A stretch of 64,000 nt of DNA from Patescibacteria group bacterium (GTDB lineage: Bacteria > Patescibacteriota > Microgenomatia > UBA10105 > UBA927). The position numbers and the translations under genes were made by a program. Positions 33,710 to 43,323 of this stretch are shown here, one piece after another (within the stretch, counting starts at the first letter, position 1; every line of letters begins with the position of its first letter). The stretch is taken from positions 311,032 to 375,031 of the forward strand of contig JBMOPU010000012.1 in the NCBI GenBank assembly GCA_049322955.1, written 5' to 3'. The notes under the pieces are model-generated. The model made no database searches, was not told the origin of the DNA, and saw nothing but the letters and a program-made list of their open reading frames with translations.

Positions 33710-34843
33710 ATGCCCGAAGCTGTCGTTGGTGCCACTACATCGGATATTACTCATCAGCAAAAAACCAAAGAGGGATCACTGACTATTGAGTATCATACCC
33801 ACGATTCGATCGCCAATACGATCGGACATATCCTTGCTGTTCCCACCGTTCATACATTGTTGTGGACATGGGACAGCGCGTTTAAAAATCCTCCGAAAGA
33901 ATTGGCGGATCAACTGTTTGATCGGTATAAGGATGTGCCGTGGAAAGGCGACGTGCTGGTGCGGGTAGGGCATGCGTCCATCATCGGCGATATGCAACGT
34001 GCGCTTGCCCGGAACGAATCCGTACGGGGAAGACCCTGGCGTCTTAAAGATATTCCGGGAAGAGTTGCCGAAACATTCGGCAAACTGGGAATAGCGTTTT
34101 TTACTTTTTTCTCGACCGCGGCGGCAAAGTTTTTGCGTACCGACTTTTATAACCCCTATGCAAACGTCGCCACGGTGTATCATCCGAAGCTCGGTGTCGG
34201 CATGCATGAATTGGGGCACGCGGAGTTTTTTAATCAACGGGATAACGTAAGCAGGGTGGGACTCCTCATCATGGATTGGTTGGGATTGAATGTGGGCAAA
34301 GATATCGTGGTGCCGGTCCCTTTTTTCCGCTCATTTACTGAATACAAAGCAAGTCAGATTGCTATGCAACGGTTTAAAACGGACGAAGAGCGGCGTGAGG
34401 GGTTGAAGATACTCGAAGGTGCATGGGCAACTTACCTGTTCAGCGATGTTTTGAGTTTATCCTTTTTACCCAAACCGGTGACCGAGGCTATCGGATCCGT
34501 CTTATCGTATCCCGCATCGGTCGCGGGACACCTGATGAATAGACTGTATCCAAAAAAAGACCAGCGGTTCAGCTATATATTTTCCGGCAAAGCCGGATCC
34601 GGCTTTGCCGGAGAGGGGAATGTGGGGTTACAACATAATCAGCCCGTAGAAAAGAAGAGGGTATCCAAAAAGCCTGCAGTACCCGATCTCTCGGCGCATC
34701 AGGTACTTGTTGCGACCGCAAAAGCGCCCTCATCGGGCAAGGAGACTGCCGTAGAAGGCAAAGGGGGACGTCAGTTTAGTGACGAACCGTTAAAAAACGG
34801 CAAACGCCCGCTTCATAGTAACACCCACCGCATCACCTTTTAG
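33710..34843 (+). CDS. Putative zinc metallopeptidase (HExxH)
   Basis: YNPYANVATVY...HELGH...TEYKAS; ends RPLHSNTHRITF. Confidence 0.65.
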   Translation: MPEAVVGATTSDITHQQKTKEGSLTIEYHTHDSIANTIGHILAVPTVHTLLWTWDSAFKNPPKELADQLFDRYKDVPWKGDVLVRVGHASIIGDMQRALARNESVRGRPWRLKDIPGRVAETFGKLGIAFFTFFSTAAAKFLRTDFYNPYANVATVYHPKLGVGMHELGHAEFFNQRDNVSRVGLLIMDWLGLNVGKDIVVPVPFFRSFTEYKASQIAMQRFKTDEERREGLKILEGAWATYLFSDVLSLSFLPKPVTEAIGSVLSYPASVAGHLMNRLYPKKDQRFSYIFSGKAGSGFAGEGNVGLQHNQPVEKKRVSKKPAVPDLSAHQVLVATAKAPSSGKETAVEGKGGRQFSDEPLKNGKRPLHSNTHRITF

Positions 34844-34924
34844 GAATATACCGGTATCGTGACCCGTTGCCTTGTTATTTTTTCATCCCTTTACTACAAT
34901 GATAGTTTCCGACGCAAAAAACCT

Positions 34925-35131
34925 ATGGCCCATCACGAAATATCCCAAGACGAAGTTCCAGGCGGTTCTGCGGAGCACGAGGAATCTCACGGCACGCATC
35001 ATGCGGAACACGGAGAGGCTTCCGCAAGTCTCATGACAATCGAACAGGCACACCATAACAAACATCATCGTCAGATGCATCGGACACTGCGGTGGCCGAT
35101 CCACAGTAATACCCCGCGGATTACATTCTAA
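34925..35131 (+). CDS. 68-aa His-rich protein
   Basis: MAHHEISQ...WPIHSNTPRITF; the tail matches the upstream gene at protein level. Confidence 0.7.
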   Translation: MAHHEISQDEVPGGSAEHEESHGTHHAEHGEASASLMTIEQAHHNKHHRQMHRTLRWPIHSNTPRITF

Positions 35132-35309
35132 AGAATAACGGTGGCGTTATGCGTGCGCTATTTGGTATATTTCCTGCATTTTAGCAATCTTATATATCTC
35201 ACTGCTAATTAGCACTCTATTCTTCGATATTGATAATACAAAAGCCGTTTGTATATATCCGGCTTATTATTCCTAGTCGTACATGACTGAAATGGTATAC
35301 AATAGCGCT

Positions 35310-38300
35310 ATGAGCAAGATCATCGCGCGTTGGCTTCGTGCGCATATCGGTTTGGTCTTTCTGGTCGGATTTCTTTTTTGGATCACCGTTACCGGTCTTC
35401 AGCCTGATTTCCTGCTTATCGGATGGGATAATTATTCTTCATATCTGGGTGGCACCGACGGGATTTTTCGTACGATTTTTTCTACCTGGCGTGCTTATCG
35501 GGGGATCGGAGTGCCGGGAGATAGTGAGAGTACTGACGCGGTGCGGCAGATTCTCCTTTTTGCGTTGACTCCCTTTGTCACGGAGCCCATGCGGGACCAG
35601 GTATATATCATGGCATGCTTATGGGTGGGCGTGCTCTCCCTCTATGTGCTTGTAAAGCGTTTGGCGGGTCGTTATATCGAGGCAAACGAAGGTGCGATAG
35701 ATATCGCGGCGGCCTTTTCCGGATTTATGTATGCCGCCAATCTCAACACTATATCCACATTCTATTTTCCGATAATTACGTACATCACGCGCTATGCATC
35801 GATACCCCTTCTTGTACTGGTGTTTGATAAGGTACTGCATGACCGACCGCTTGGGATACGGACAATTGCATTCTTTATTGGGGCGGTATTGTTTTCTGCG
35901 GGAAGCTTTATTACCGCTACGGTATTTTTTACGACCGGCATCCTATTAGGGCTGTATGTGCTATTTCAGGGTGCAGGCAGGCGCGGGTTCCTTTTGTTTT
36001 TTGTATTTGTCTGTCTTAATGCGTTTTGGCTCGTGCCCTTTGCCAACTATACACGGGAAAAATCAGCGAGCCTCAGGCTTGCACCGGTGTTTATTGACAC
36101 CAACGAAGCACAGCTGAACCAATCACCCCAATCGTACAGCCTGTGGAAACAGCTCATTTTGTATCCTAATTTTTTCTACACCCGTTATACAAGGGTGAGT
36201 GACGAACGGAGTGCTCCCTTATTTCCCCTCACGGAATATATTGATAGCGTTCAGGGGCAGACGGTTTTGGGCGTTTTTCCGGCGATAGCGCTTCTTGGGG
36301 TGGGGCTGATATTTCTTGCGAAGAGAAAGTATTACAGGATATTTTGGATTCCCGCAACATATTTGTTATTTATTATACTCTCATCGCAGGAACAATCCCC
36401 GTTGGGATTTATTCCCGCACTTTTAAACAAGATTCCTTACTTTAAGGTGGTATTCCGGTTCGGCGATACCAAGTTCCATCCGTATATCGCTTTTGCGGGG
36501 AGTTTAGCAGTCGGCGTCTTTACAGTGCTTACTCTTCGTGGCGTACGACATATTCGTCGGGCGGCAACCACTCTCTCTGCAGTGCTTGGGATATTTCTTG
36601 TGGTAGTCCCTCTGGTGTCGGTGTATCGCACGTATTTGACCGGGGATTTTCTTCCGAAATATCTGATGGTGCAGTTGCCGCAGGCATACCGCACTGCGGC
36701 AACACGTATCGACAACGATCCTGCAAACGGGCGAGTACTGCACTTGCCGTATGATCCTCAACTGTATTGGCGTTCGCATACCTGGGGATATATGGGCTCG
36801 GCATTTGTCCAATATATGCTCAAAAATCCGTATTTGGACAAAACATTTGAGCCGGCAAGTCTGGAAACAACCGGTATGTTTTTGGAATTGTCCTCGATCA
36901 TCCGGGATGCAAACCAAGTGGTGGGGGAAGCATTGGAAAAACGTGCGGATGCGCTTTTGGCGCATTTGATTCGTCACCGGATTTCCTGGGTCATGTTTGA
37001 TGAGTCGGTGAGTCCTGAAATGCGGATACGGAATATGCGCTATTGGGGGTCATTTAATACGACCGACTCGTCAATACTTCTCGAAACGCTTGCATCCGCC
37101 GGCAAGGTTACCCGTGCGGCGGAATACCCGATTGATCTCGAGCCGATTGCAAAAGAGTACACAAGACTCCTCGGACAGCAACCGCAAGGACCACTCGGGA
37201 AGCCACGATTGATTTTGTATCGCGTGAATGACAACATGACGACGGTAGAATTTACCGATAGCGCAGTTGCCGCCGTTCCTTCGACTGCGGGAGTGATCCC
37301 TGCCGCCAACAATGCGGTAACCCTCCAACCGAGTGTTGATTCTGATACATTATTATATCCATTGTTATACAAAGACTTAGTCGTGGAACCCCGTAAAGAG
37401 GGGATGCAATTGGCACATCCGACCGATTTTCTCTCCGCAGGAACCGGTAACATGCTGACGGTAGCGTCGGGGTCGGGTGCCGCGGTTGAAATCCGTATGA
37501 AGAAGGAAGGAGAAAACGCTCTTCTCACGTTTTACAAAATCGAAGCTCCGAATATCGGAGTCCGTTCATTTTCAACCCTTCTTACTGCCGTTCGTTTGCC
37601 GCTCCGGCTTCTCAGAGATGCTCTTGAGGTAGCGAATGATGCGGGGATGTATCTTTCAGACTGGCATATTCTCGGACATGACAGATTGAGCGATATCCGC
37701 CTCATGATCGGCGATGTCGTGCTTCCTGTGCCGGTATTGACGAGTGAGGAAGAGCAGGTAGTCGGATCGGTATATCTGCCGTCGTCCTCGGTAAATGTGA
37801 CGGTACTGCGCCGCAACAAGCAGGTTGCGATGAATTTGTCGGCATTGCATCTTACCGATATGCCGAATTGTTTCGGTGATCGAACCGGCGGGTATGAGTA
37901 TGAGGTGACGGGTACGCAATCAGGTCAGCTGACCCTGAGAAGTCAGAACGGATCTACCTGTCTTGTGTACCCCGTTTCCGACGGAAATGCAAAACACGTC
38001 GAAATCCGTTTGGAGTATCGTGCAAATCAGGTGAATGAAACCGTAGATAACCCCGGTGCAGTTCCCCAAGTGGCAAACTATGTGTCGCAATTGACGAAAC
38101 CGAACCTATTAAGCCTCTGTATCGGTGTACAAACAGGGGATATGTGTCTGAACAAACATCAGATCCTGTCGATGGGGAATGAAGGTACGGTAGTTATTCC
38201 CTCGGAAATAACCGGTCAGCAGTTCACTCATTTACGGATGGCAACGGTGCCCGTCGGCAAACAAACGCAGGAACTCACCCTTACCGGAGGGATGCTCTCG

Positions 38301-39305
38301 TATTTTGATGCGGTTAGGGTTTTTGCAGTGACGGTACCCCAACGGGCATACACTGCCGAGATTACACCGGCGGGTGATAATTTCCATGTCACCATTCCGC
38401 CGCTCCTTTCGTCGGGATCGTATTATCGAAGCGCCGCTGACGGTTGGTTTGTGTCCAATCGTCCCTGCGAGACGAGTGGCGGCTATCGGACGACGCGGCG
38501 ACTGTCGGGTGGCATGCTGAGTTATATCGCTGATTGCTACAATGAATTTTCACTCCAATTGCCGTTTAACAGCGCATCGGCAAAATTATGGTCGGTTTCG
38601 TACGCACTCTTTTCAGGAAAGTATCCGTTATTCATGCTTGGCGACCCGTTCGGGCATTACGTGAACCAGTACCTTTCGTTGTATCAGGGATACCCGGAGG
38701 TGCCGGGAATGCTTTCGCTCCAGGCACCACAGCAATGGTACCGACCCTATGCCGGGGATACCGTGCAGAGCATCGTACGCGGAACGATTCCTGCTCAGGC
38801 GTATGTTTTGGTTCCTGCCGTACCCGAACTTACCGATACTCGTGCCAAATCCTATACGATCCATCAGGATAGCAAAAATACGGGGATGGTGGGGTTATAT
38901 GACACCCGCATTACGGAGTTTCCCGCTTCGTGGCACCACATGGCGGTGCAACGAGGAAATCCGGAGAAGACGTATGCGGTGCCGGGTTCCGTTACATCCC
39001 GCGATATCTTGCCGTCTTTGACCGAAGTGACTCTCGCGAAGGGTACCAATGCAGATAACTCCTTTTTATTGGTACAGCGTTCGGGATTTGACCGACAATG
39101 GGCCGCGTACAGAGATGTATGGTCCCTCATCGTTGATAGCAACGCGATCCGTCCCGTCCGATGCGGGGGTACCTTTAACTGTTATGCGCTTCCGTCAGAT
39201 AGCGGCCGATGGTACCTGTTTTATACCCCGGAACGTTTGGCAATCATCGGCTGGCTTGTCACCATTTTGAGCGCCGCCATTTTTGCATACAAGTGGCGCA
39301 GATAG
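35310..39305 (+). CDS. Large polytopic GT-C-like membrane protein (AftD/DUF3367-like) with a large extracellular region
   Basis: GWDN, about 12 TMs, NAFWLVP, VFRFGDTKF, GRVLHLP and a C-terminal TM. Confidence 0.7.
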   Translation: MSKIIARWLRAHIGLVFLVGFLFWITVTGLQPDFLLIGWDNYSSYLGGTDGIFRTIFSTWRAYRGIGVPGDSESTDAVRQILLFALTPFVTEPMRDQVYIMACLWVGVLSLYVLVKRLAGRYIEANEGAIDIAAAFSGFMYAANLNTISTFYFPIITYITRYASIPLLVLVFDKVLHDRPLGIRTIAFFIGAVLFSAGSFITATVFFTTGILLGLYVLFQGAGRRGFLLFFVFVCLNAFWLVPFANYTREKSASLRLAPVFIDTNEAQLNQSPQSYSLWKQLILYPNFFYTRYTRVSDERSAPLFPLTEYIDSVQGQTVLGVFPAIALLGVGLIFLAKRKYYRIFWIPATYLLFIILSSQEQSPLGFIPALLNKIPYFKVVFRFGDTKFHPYIAFAGSLAVGVFTVLTLRGVRHIRRAATTLSAVLGIFLVVVPLVSVYRTYLTGDFLPKYLMVQLPQAYRTAATRIDNDPANGRVLHLPYDPQLYWRSHTWGYMGSAFVQYMLKNPYLDKTFEPASLETTGMFLELSSIIRDANQVVGEALEKRADALLAHLIRHRISWVMFDESVSPEMRIRNMRYWGSFNTTDSSILLETLASAGKVTRAAEYPIDLEPIAKEYTRLLGQQPQGPLGKPRLILYRVNDNMTTVEFTDSAVAAVPSTAGVIPAANNAVTLQPSVDSDTLLYPLLYKDLVVEPRKEGMQLAHPTDFLSAGTGNMLTVASGSGAAVEIRMKKEGENALLTFYKIEAPNIGVRSFSTLLTAVRLPLRLLRDALEVANDAGMYLSDWHILGHDRLSDIRLMIGDVVLPVPVLTSEEEQVVGSVYLPSSSVNVTVLRRNKQVAMNLSALHLTDMPNCFGDRTGGYEYEVTGTQSGQLTLRSQNGSTCLVYPVSDGNAKHVEIRLEYRANQVNETVDNPGAVPQVANYVSQLTKPNLLSLCIGVQTGDMCLNKHQILSMGNEGTVVIPSEITGQQFTHLRMATVPVGKQTQELTLTGGMLSYFDAVRVFAVTVPQRAYTAEITPAGDNFHVTIPPLLSSGSYYRSAADGWFVSNRPCETSGGYRTTRRLSGGMLSYIADCYNEFSLQLPFNSASAKLWSVSYALFSGKYPLFMLGDPFGHYVNQYLSLYQGYPEVPGMLSLQAPQQWYRPYAGDTVQSIVRGTIPAQAYVLVPAVPELTDTRAKSYTIHQDSKNTGMVGLYDTRITEFPASWHHMAVQRGNPEKTYAVPGSVTSRDILPSLTEVTLAKGTNADNSFLLVQRSGFDRQWAAYRDVWSLIVDSNAIRPVRCGGTFNCYALPSDSGRWYLFYTPERLAIIGWLVTILSAAIFAYKWRR

Positions 39306-40147
39306 TCCCGCTGTTCAAGCGAAAACGCGATGACACGCTTCATGACGCGGTAAAAGTCCCAGATAAACTCCGGAGGCAACATCATGCTCGCCATGTACTG
39401 GATAATCCAGTACAGGTGGATATACCACGGTGCCTTTTCGATATACGTATCCGTCCAGTTATGCATGGCAAACGTCGCTTCCGCGAGTTTGCGGAAATGT
39501 TTCCATGACGCGGCATTTTTATGCCATCGGACGTTGACGAGCGGCCGCTGGATGTTGGCAAGTTTGCCGTACTGGGCGATCCGATACCACAAATGCGTGT
39601 CGTCCGCCGGCCAAAATGCCTGCAGGTATCCGCCCGCTTTTATGGCGATTTTTTTTCGATACATGACGGTGGGATCAGCGAACGGACTGACGATATACCA
39701 CAGTTTGCGGATCTGGGCGTCGGTTTTTAAGAATTTGACGATCTGCTCGCTCCCGTCATCCGTGAACAATCGTATCCATGATCCGACCGCCGCCACGTCT
39801 TTGTGTTTCTCAAGATATTCAACCTCGGTGGCAATCCGGTGAGGTAACATGAGATCGTCCTGGTTCAGGCGGCAGATGTATTCTCCTTTGGCTTTTTCGA
39901 GCGCAAAATTGAGTACCCGCGACAACCCCCGGTTCTGGGGGAATTGGTAGAACCGTACGCGCTGATATTTCTTTTCCAGCGCCCTACAGATTCTGCGGCT
40001 GTGATCGGAACTGCCGTCATCGACGAGCAGGACTTCAAAGTTTTGATAAGTACTTTTAAACACGCTTTGCACCGCCGCCTCCAGATAGGGGGCGCCGTTA
40101 AAGACCGGAATCACCACCGACACGGTCGGTTTCGGATACTTTTTCAT
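39221..40147 (-). CDS. Glycosyltransferase family 2
   Basis: VSVVIPVFN, VDDGSSD, LNQDD and ADDTHLW; SD GAAAGGAG; 3' end overlaps the convergent gene by 85 bp. Confidence 0.92.
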   Translation of the reverse strand: MKKYPKPTVSVVIPVFNGAPYLEAAVQSVFKSTYQNFEVLLVDDGSSDHSRRICRALEKKYQRVRFYQFPQNRGLSRVLNFALEKAKGEYICRLNQDDLMLPHRIATEVEYLEKHKDVAAVGSWIRLFTDDGSEQIVKFLKTDAQIRKLWYIVSPFADPTVMYRKKIAIKAGGYLQAFWPADDTHLWYRIAQYGKLANIQRPLVNVRWHKNAASWKHFRKLAEATFAMHNWTDTYIEKAPWYIHLYWIIQYMASMMLPPEFIWDFYRVMKRVIAFSLEQRDYLRHLYAKMAALKMVTSQPMIAKRSGV

Positions 40148-40333
40148 AGGTACTCCTTTCTTTCTATGATGATTCATAGATTGAGTTTTGTACTCCCTGC
40201 GCCCCCGAAAGTGTCTCTCGGGAGAGCGGGGAGAGGCATACAGGAATGACACACAAGTGTCATTGAGCTATTGCTCATATGGTCTCTCCTGGTTATGTAG
40301 CGGTCTCCAAAAAGGAGTCCACTCAATAACCGT

Positions 40334-40364
40334 AAAAGAGGCTCTGCGCAAGCGCAGAGCCTCT
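40334..40364 (-). terminator. Intrinsic terminator
   Basis: AGAGGCTCTGCGC-AA-GCGCAGAGCCTCT with a T-run on the - strand. Confidence 0.8.
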
Positions 40365-40381
40365 CTTTATATTAGCGTGGG

Positions 40382-41725
40382 TCAGTCCCACCAGTCGAAA
40401 TCGTCAGCAGGGCTGAACGCATCCTTCACGGTGAAAACTGCCCAGTCGGCTGAAAATTCGGTCACGCTGTCTTCCATGACGAAATACAGCACGCGGTACC
40501 CGCCGAGCGTATTGAGTTCGGTGATTTTCATCAGGTTCGGGTCGGTCACACCGGCGCTTGTCACGATGAACGTGTTCCACTTGGTTTCGTGGGTGCCGCG
40601 TTCATACACGACGCTGGGAAGCAGTCCGAGCATTTCGAACAGCTTGGCGCTTCGGTTGTCCGTGATGTACTTTTCGAATTCCGCGTTGGACATCGGCTTG
40701 AGTGACTCGGTGCCTGCTTTTGCCGTGGTTTTTGCTTCCGTCAGGTTGCTATACCCGGGGTATGCATGGCAGAGTTTGACGCCAGAGAACGGGTGGTACA
40801 CGTTGAGCGAGCCGGTGCGGCGTGCGATGTACAGCGACTTGCCATCTGCACGCGTTATTTCAGCCCAGCCGGTGCCGACTTGTCCCGTCTGCGTCCACAC
40901 GAGCGTCTTGCCCGCGACTGCGTGAACGGTAGCATCCCAGCCCCAGGCGAAGCGAGCATCAGCATTCAGGTTGACGTCATCGTCGAGGAGCGCGAAGAGT
41001 TCCTCCGTGCCCATGTTATCCTGAATTTGCTTGGTGACCTTGCTGGAATTTTCGCAAGCCTCGGCTTCGATGTTGCCCTTGACCAGCATGGGAGTTCCCT
41101 TGCGTGGCTCTGTCTCGCCGGTCCAGTTTTTGAGCGTGATGTATGCGAGACCGGTTTTAACCGTCTCTGTGCTGTTGGGTGGCAGGAGGTAAATGCCAGT
41201 GTCGCCTTCGACGCAGAACTTCACGATTTTTCCACCGTGGGTCGGGTCGGCGTCACGATAATTACCGGTCCAGAACAGCACAACCTCATCAGCCTTGGTC
41301 TTGAGCGTTCCGCCGTTTTCCCAGCGCACCGGATTCTTCGGATAGACGTAGAGTGTGTCCAGCCGGTTGGTGTAGATGGCGTGGTAGTCTGGCGCGCATC
41401 CGGTCAGGAACTGTGCGGCGTATTCCCATTGGGTAGTATCCAACACGGACCCGAAGGGCTTGGTTTCGACAGGTTCATCCAACAGGTCGAGAGCCTCGGC
41501 CCGTTCCAGAATGAACTCGGTTGACACGCTGGTATATCCGTCGACATTGAATGTCGGCGGCGCATCATCAGCCTGAGCGGCGACGATGACCCACATGGGT
41601 GGCGTCCAGTCCGCGGGCGGCTGGTTGGATTGGGCAGACACGCTGGTAGGCGCGAATGCCGCGAAAAGCAGGCTCAACGTCATGAAAAGCACGAAGAGCG
41701 TGTAGGGATTGCGTTTTGTACGCAT
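40382..41725 (-). CDS. Secreted hypothetical protein (Sec signal peptide)
   Basis: MRTKR + hydrophobic core + VSA|Q cleavage site; acidic mature part. Confidence 0.8.
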   Translation of the reverse strand: MRTKRNPYTLFVLFMTLSLLFAAFAPTSVSAQSNQPPADWTPPMWVIVAAQADDAPPTFNVDGYTSVSTEFILERAEALDLLDEPVETKPFGSVLDTTQWEYAAQFLTGCAPDYHAIYTNRLDTLYVYPKNPVRWENGGTLKTKADEVVLFWTGNYRDADPTHGGKIVKFCVEGDTGIYLLPPNSTETVKTGLAYITLKNWTGETEPRKGTPMLVKGNIEAEACENSSKVTKQIQDNMGTEELFALLDDDVNLNADARFAWGWDATVHAVAGKTLVWTQTGQVGTGWAEITRADGKSLYIARRTGSLNVYHPFSGVKLCHAYPGYSNLTEAKTTAKAGTESLKPMSNAEFEKYITDNRSAKLFEMLGLLPSVVYERGTHETKWNTFIVTSAGVTDPNLMKITELNTLGGYRVLYFVMEDSVTEFSADWAVFTVKDAFSPADDFDWWD

Positions 41726-41858
41726 TGTGGTACCTTAACCTTTCTTTCGTAATCTAGTTTGATTTGGATTCGATTGTTTTGGAACAGTATTCAGTTGTTA
41801 CCCCTATTGACCACCTCCTTTTCGTTGGTGTTTCTAACAGGCCTTGCGGTCGGTTAGA

Positions 41859-41972
41859 CTAGTCTTGCTTTTTCTTCTTGGGCCTGAAAATATAGGCGCC
41901 AATTCCAGCAAACACGATTGACGTGACCACGATGATGATCACGATTTCCGCAGGCGTCGGTTTCCATTCCAT
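41859..41972 (-). CDS. 37-aa single-TM microprotein
   Basis: MEWKPTPAEIVIIIVVTSIVFAGIGAYIFRPKKKKQD; SD GAAAGGAG; too short for the ORF track. Confidence 0.65.
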   Translation of the reverse strand: MEWKPTPAEIVIIIVVTSIVFAGIGAYIFRPKKKKQD

Positions 41973-42124
41973 GACTCTTCTCCTTTCGATCTAAGATTTC
42001 GGGCTAACAATAAAATGTTGCCCTTTGGCGAATAACAATACATTTCTGTACTGGAATTTTTTCTTTCTTGTCTTGTTTTGTGTGATATTTTCCCCACTAA
42101 TTATTGGTATCTTAAAAAAGATAT

Positions 42125-42801
42125 TTCTTTCCCCCGATCCGCACAGATATGTGTCTGTACAGAGTGGGGGAAAGAAGCGGGGTTAAATCGTCCCGAAAGG
42201 AGATCCGGTTGTCTCGCAGAGCGAGATCACGCTTCGCGTGACCGTAAATATAAAGAGAGATAATCAATCGCACAAAGCGGTATTTTCGAATCCACGAAAA
42301 GCGTGAACCGCGAAAGGCGCGTTTTGCGATGATTGTAATAAGTAAGCTAAAACGACTCCATGGAGGAGCGACTCATTCCTGTCCCGCGAAGCGGGACAAG
42401 CCTAAGTACGCTTTTTCTCTATGAATCGAAAAAAGCTACTTATTCCTGTATGCCTTGTTAAAGAGCCTACGGTGTAATTCGTCGTTCGGACGCGATTGTC
42501 CGTGGACGATACGCCATAGTCTGAGGTGTTAGCCCCAGAAAAGAATCCCGCCACACCACAACTGTTGGCCTGCCGTCCGCGAGTGCGACACGGCGGGACT
42601 CATTTCCGAGGGTAAAACTGTCTATTTACTTGTCAAACCATTTGTTTTCCTCAATCCGGCTCATGTTTATGAGCTGGGCTGGGGAAAAGGCTCGATTTAG
42701 TAACTCACATTTGAGTAACAGGCATCGAGCCAATGTGAGAGAGTTGATCCCGATAAATCGGGAAAGTCAAATAAGGACCAGACCGAAATCTGGTCCTTTT
42801 T
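42125..42801. ncRNA. Candidate large structured RNA or very long structured leader
   Basis: No credible ORF; more than 12 back-to-back hairpins and multibranch stems; strand unresolved because G-U evidence is mixed. Confidence 0.6.
42773..42801. terminator. Intrinsic terminator, possibly bidirectional
   Basis: AAGGACCAGA-CCGAAA-TCTGGTCCTT-TTT. Confidence 0.75.
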
Positions 42802-42808
42802 GTGTTGA

Positions 42809-43255
42809 CTATGCCTCTTGTTGAGGCAAGGATGGTATGAGAATGCCCTCCATAATGATGGTGGTGGTGCCGGAGGTACAGGTTATGTGAACGCTGTTCG
42901 GATTGGTTTCGAGTGATTGGTTGCCCGTTGGTTGGACGGATACGTCACCTTGACCGAAATCAGCGGCGCATGTGTACTCGGGCGGTACGCTCCAGCTGAC
43001 GAATTGACCATTGTATTCGATGAACATCGAAATAGTCGTTCCGTCAGTGAATGTTGCCGTTGCATTCTGCATTTCAGTGGTGTTGCAGGTGAATCCGTCG
43101 GGGAATTTGTCTGATTCCACGACGTATATAGACATGGTTTCCCCGATGGGACACTCCACGTAAAATTCACCGCTGGTTTCAACCGAGACGAGCGGACATC
43201 CGCCGAACAGCAAAAAAAGCGGCAGGATACCCTTAAGTAAGCTTATCAGTTTCAT
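42809..43255 (-). CDS. Putative lipoprotein
   Basis: MKLISLLKGILPLFLLFGG|C; GGAG RBS; beta-rich mature part. Confidence 0.6.
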   Translation of the reverse strand: MKLISLLKGILPLFLLFGGCPLVSVETSGEFYVECPIGETMSIYVVESDKFPDGFTCNTTEMQNATATFTDGTTISMFIEYNGQFVSWSVPPEYTCAADFGQGDVSVQPTGNQSLETNPNSVHITCTSGTTTIIMEGILIPSLPQQEA

Positions 43256-43323
43256 TGCTCTGCTCCACGATAAAGTTAGTCTGAGACCGACTCGGTGGTA
43301 CTGATTCGGTCTCAGTTGCATGG

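Noticed and set aside
30736-34985. SAEH word shared between the 292-aa protein tail and the His-rich microprotein
   Set aside because: Only four residues in low-complexity context.
40188-41524. + strand ORFs 40188-40925 and 40766-41524 (likewise 30914-31579, 43438-43923 and the - strand 62159-62908)
   Set aside because: Antisense or alternate-frame shadows of better supported genes.
42125-42801. tmRNA, RNase P RNA, group I/II intron or retron ncRNA
   Set aside because: No tRNA-like ends, no GAGGAAAGUCC, no recognisable domain V or P7 core, and no reverse transcriptase in the window; a highly divergent member cannot be fully excluded.
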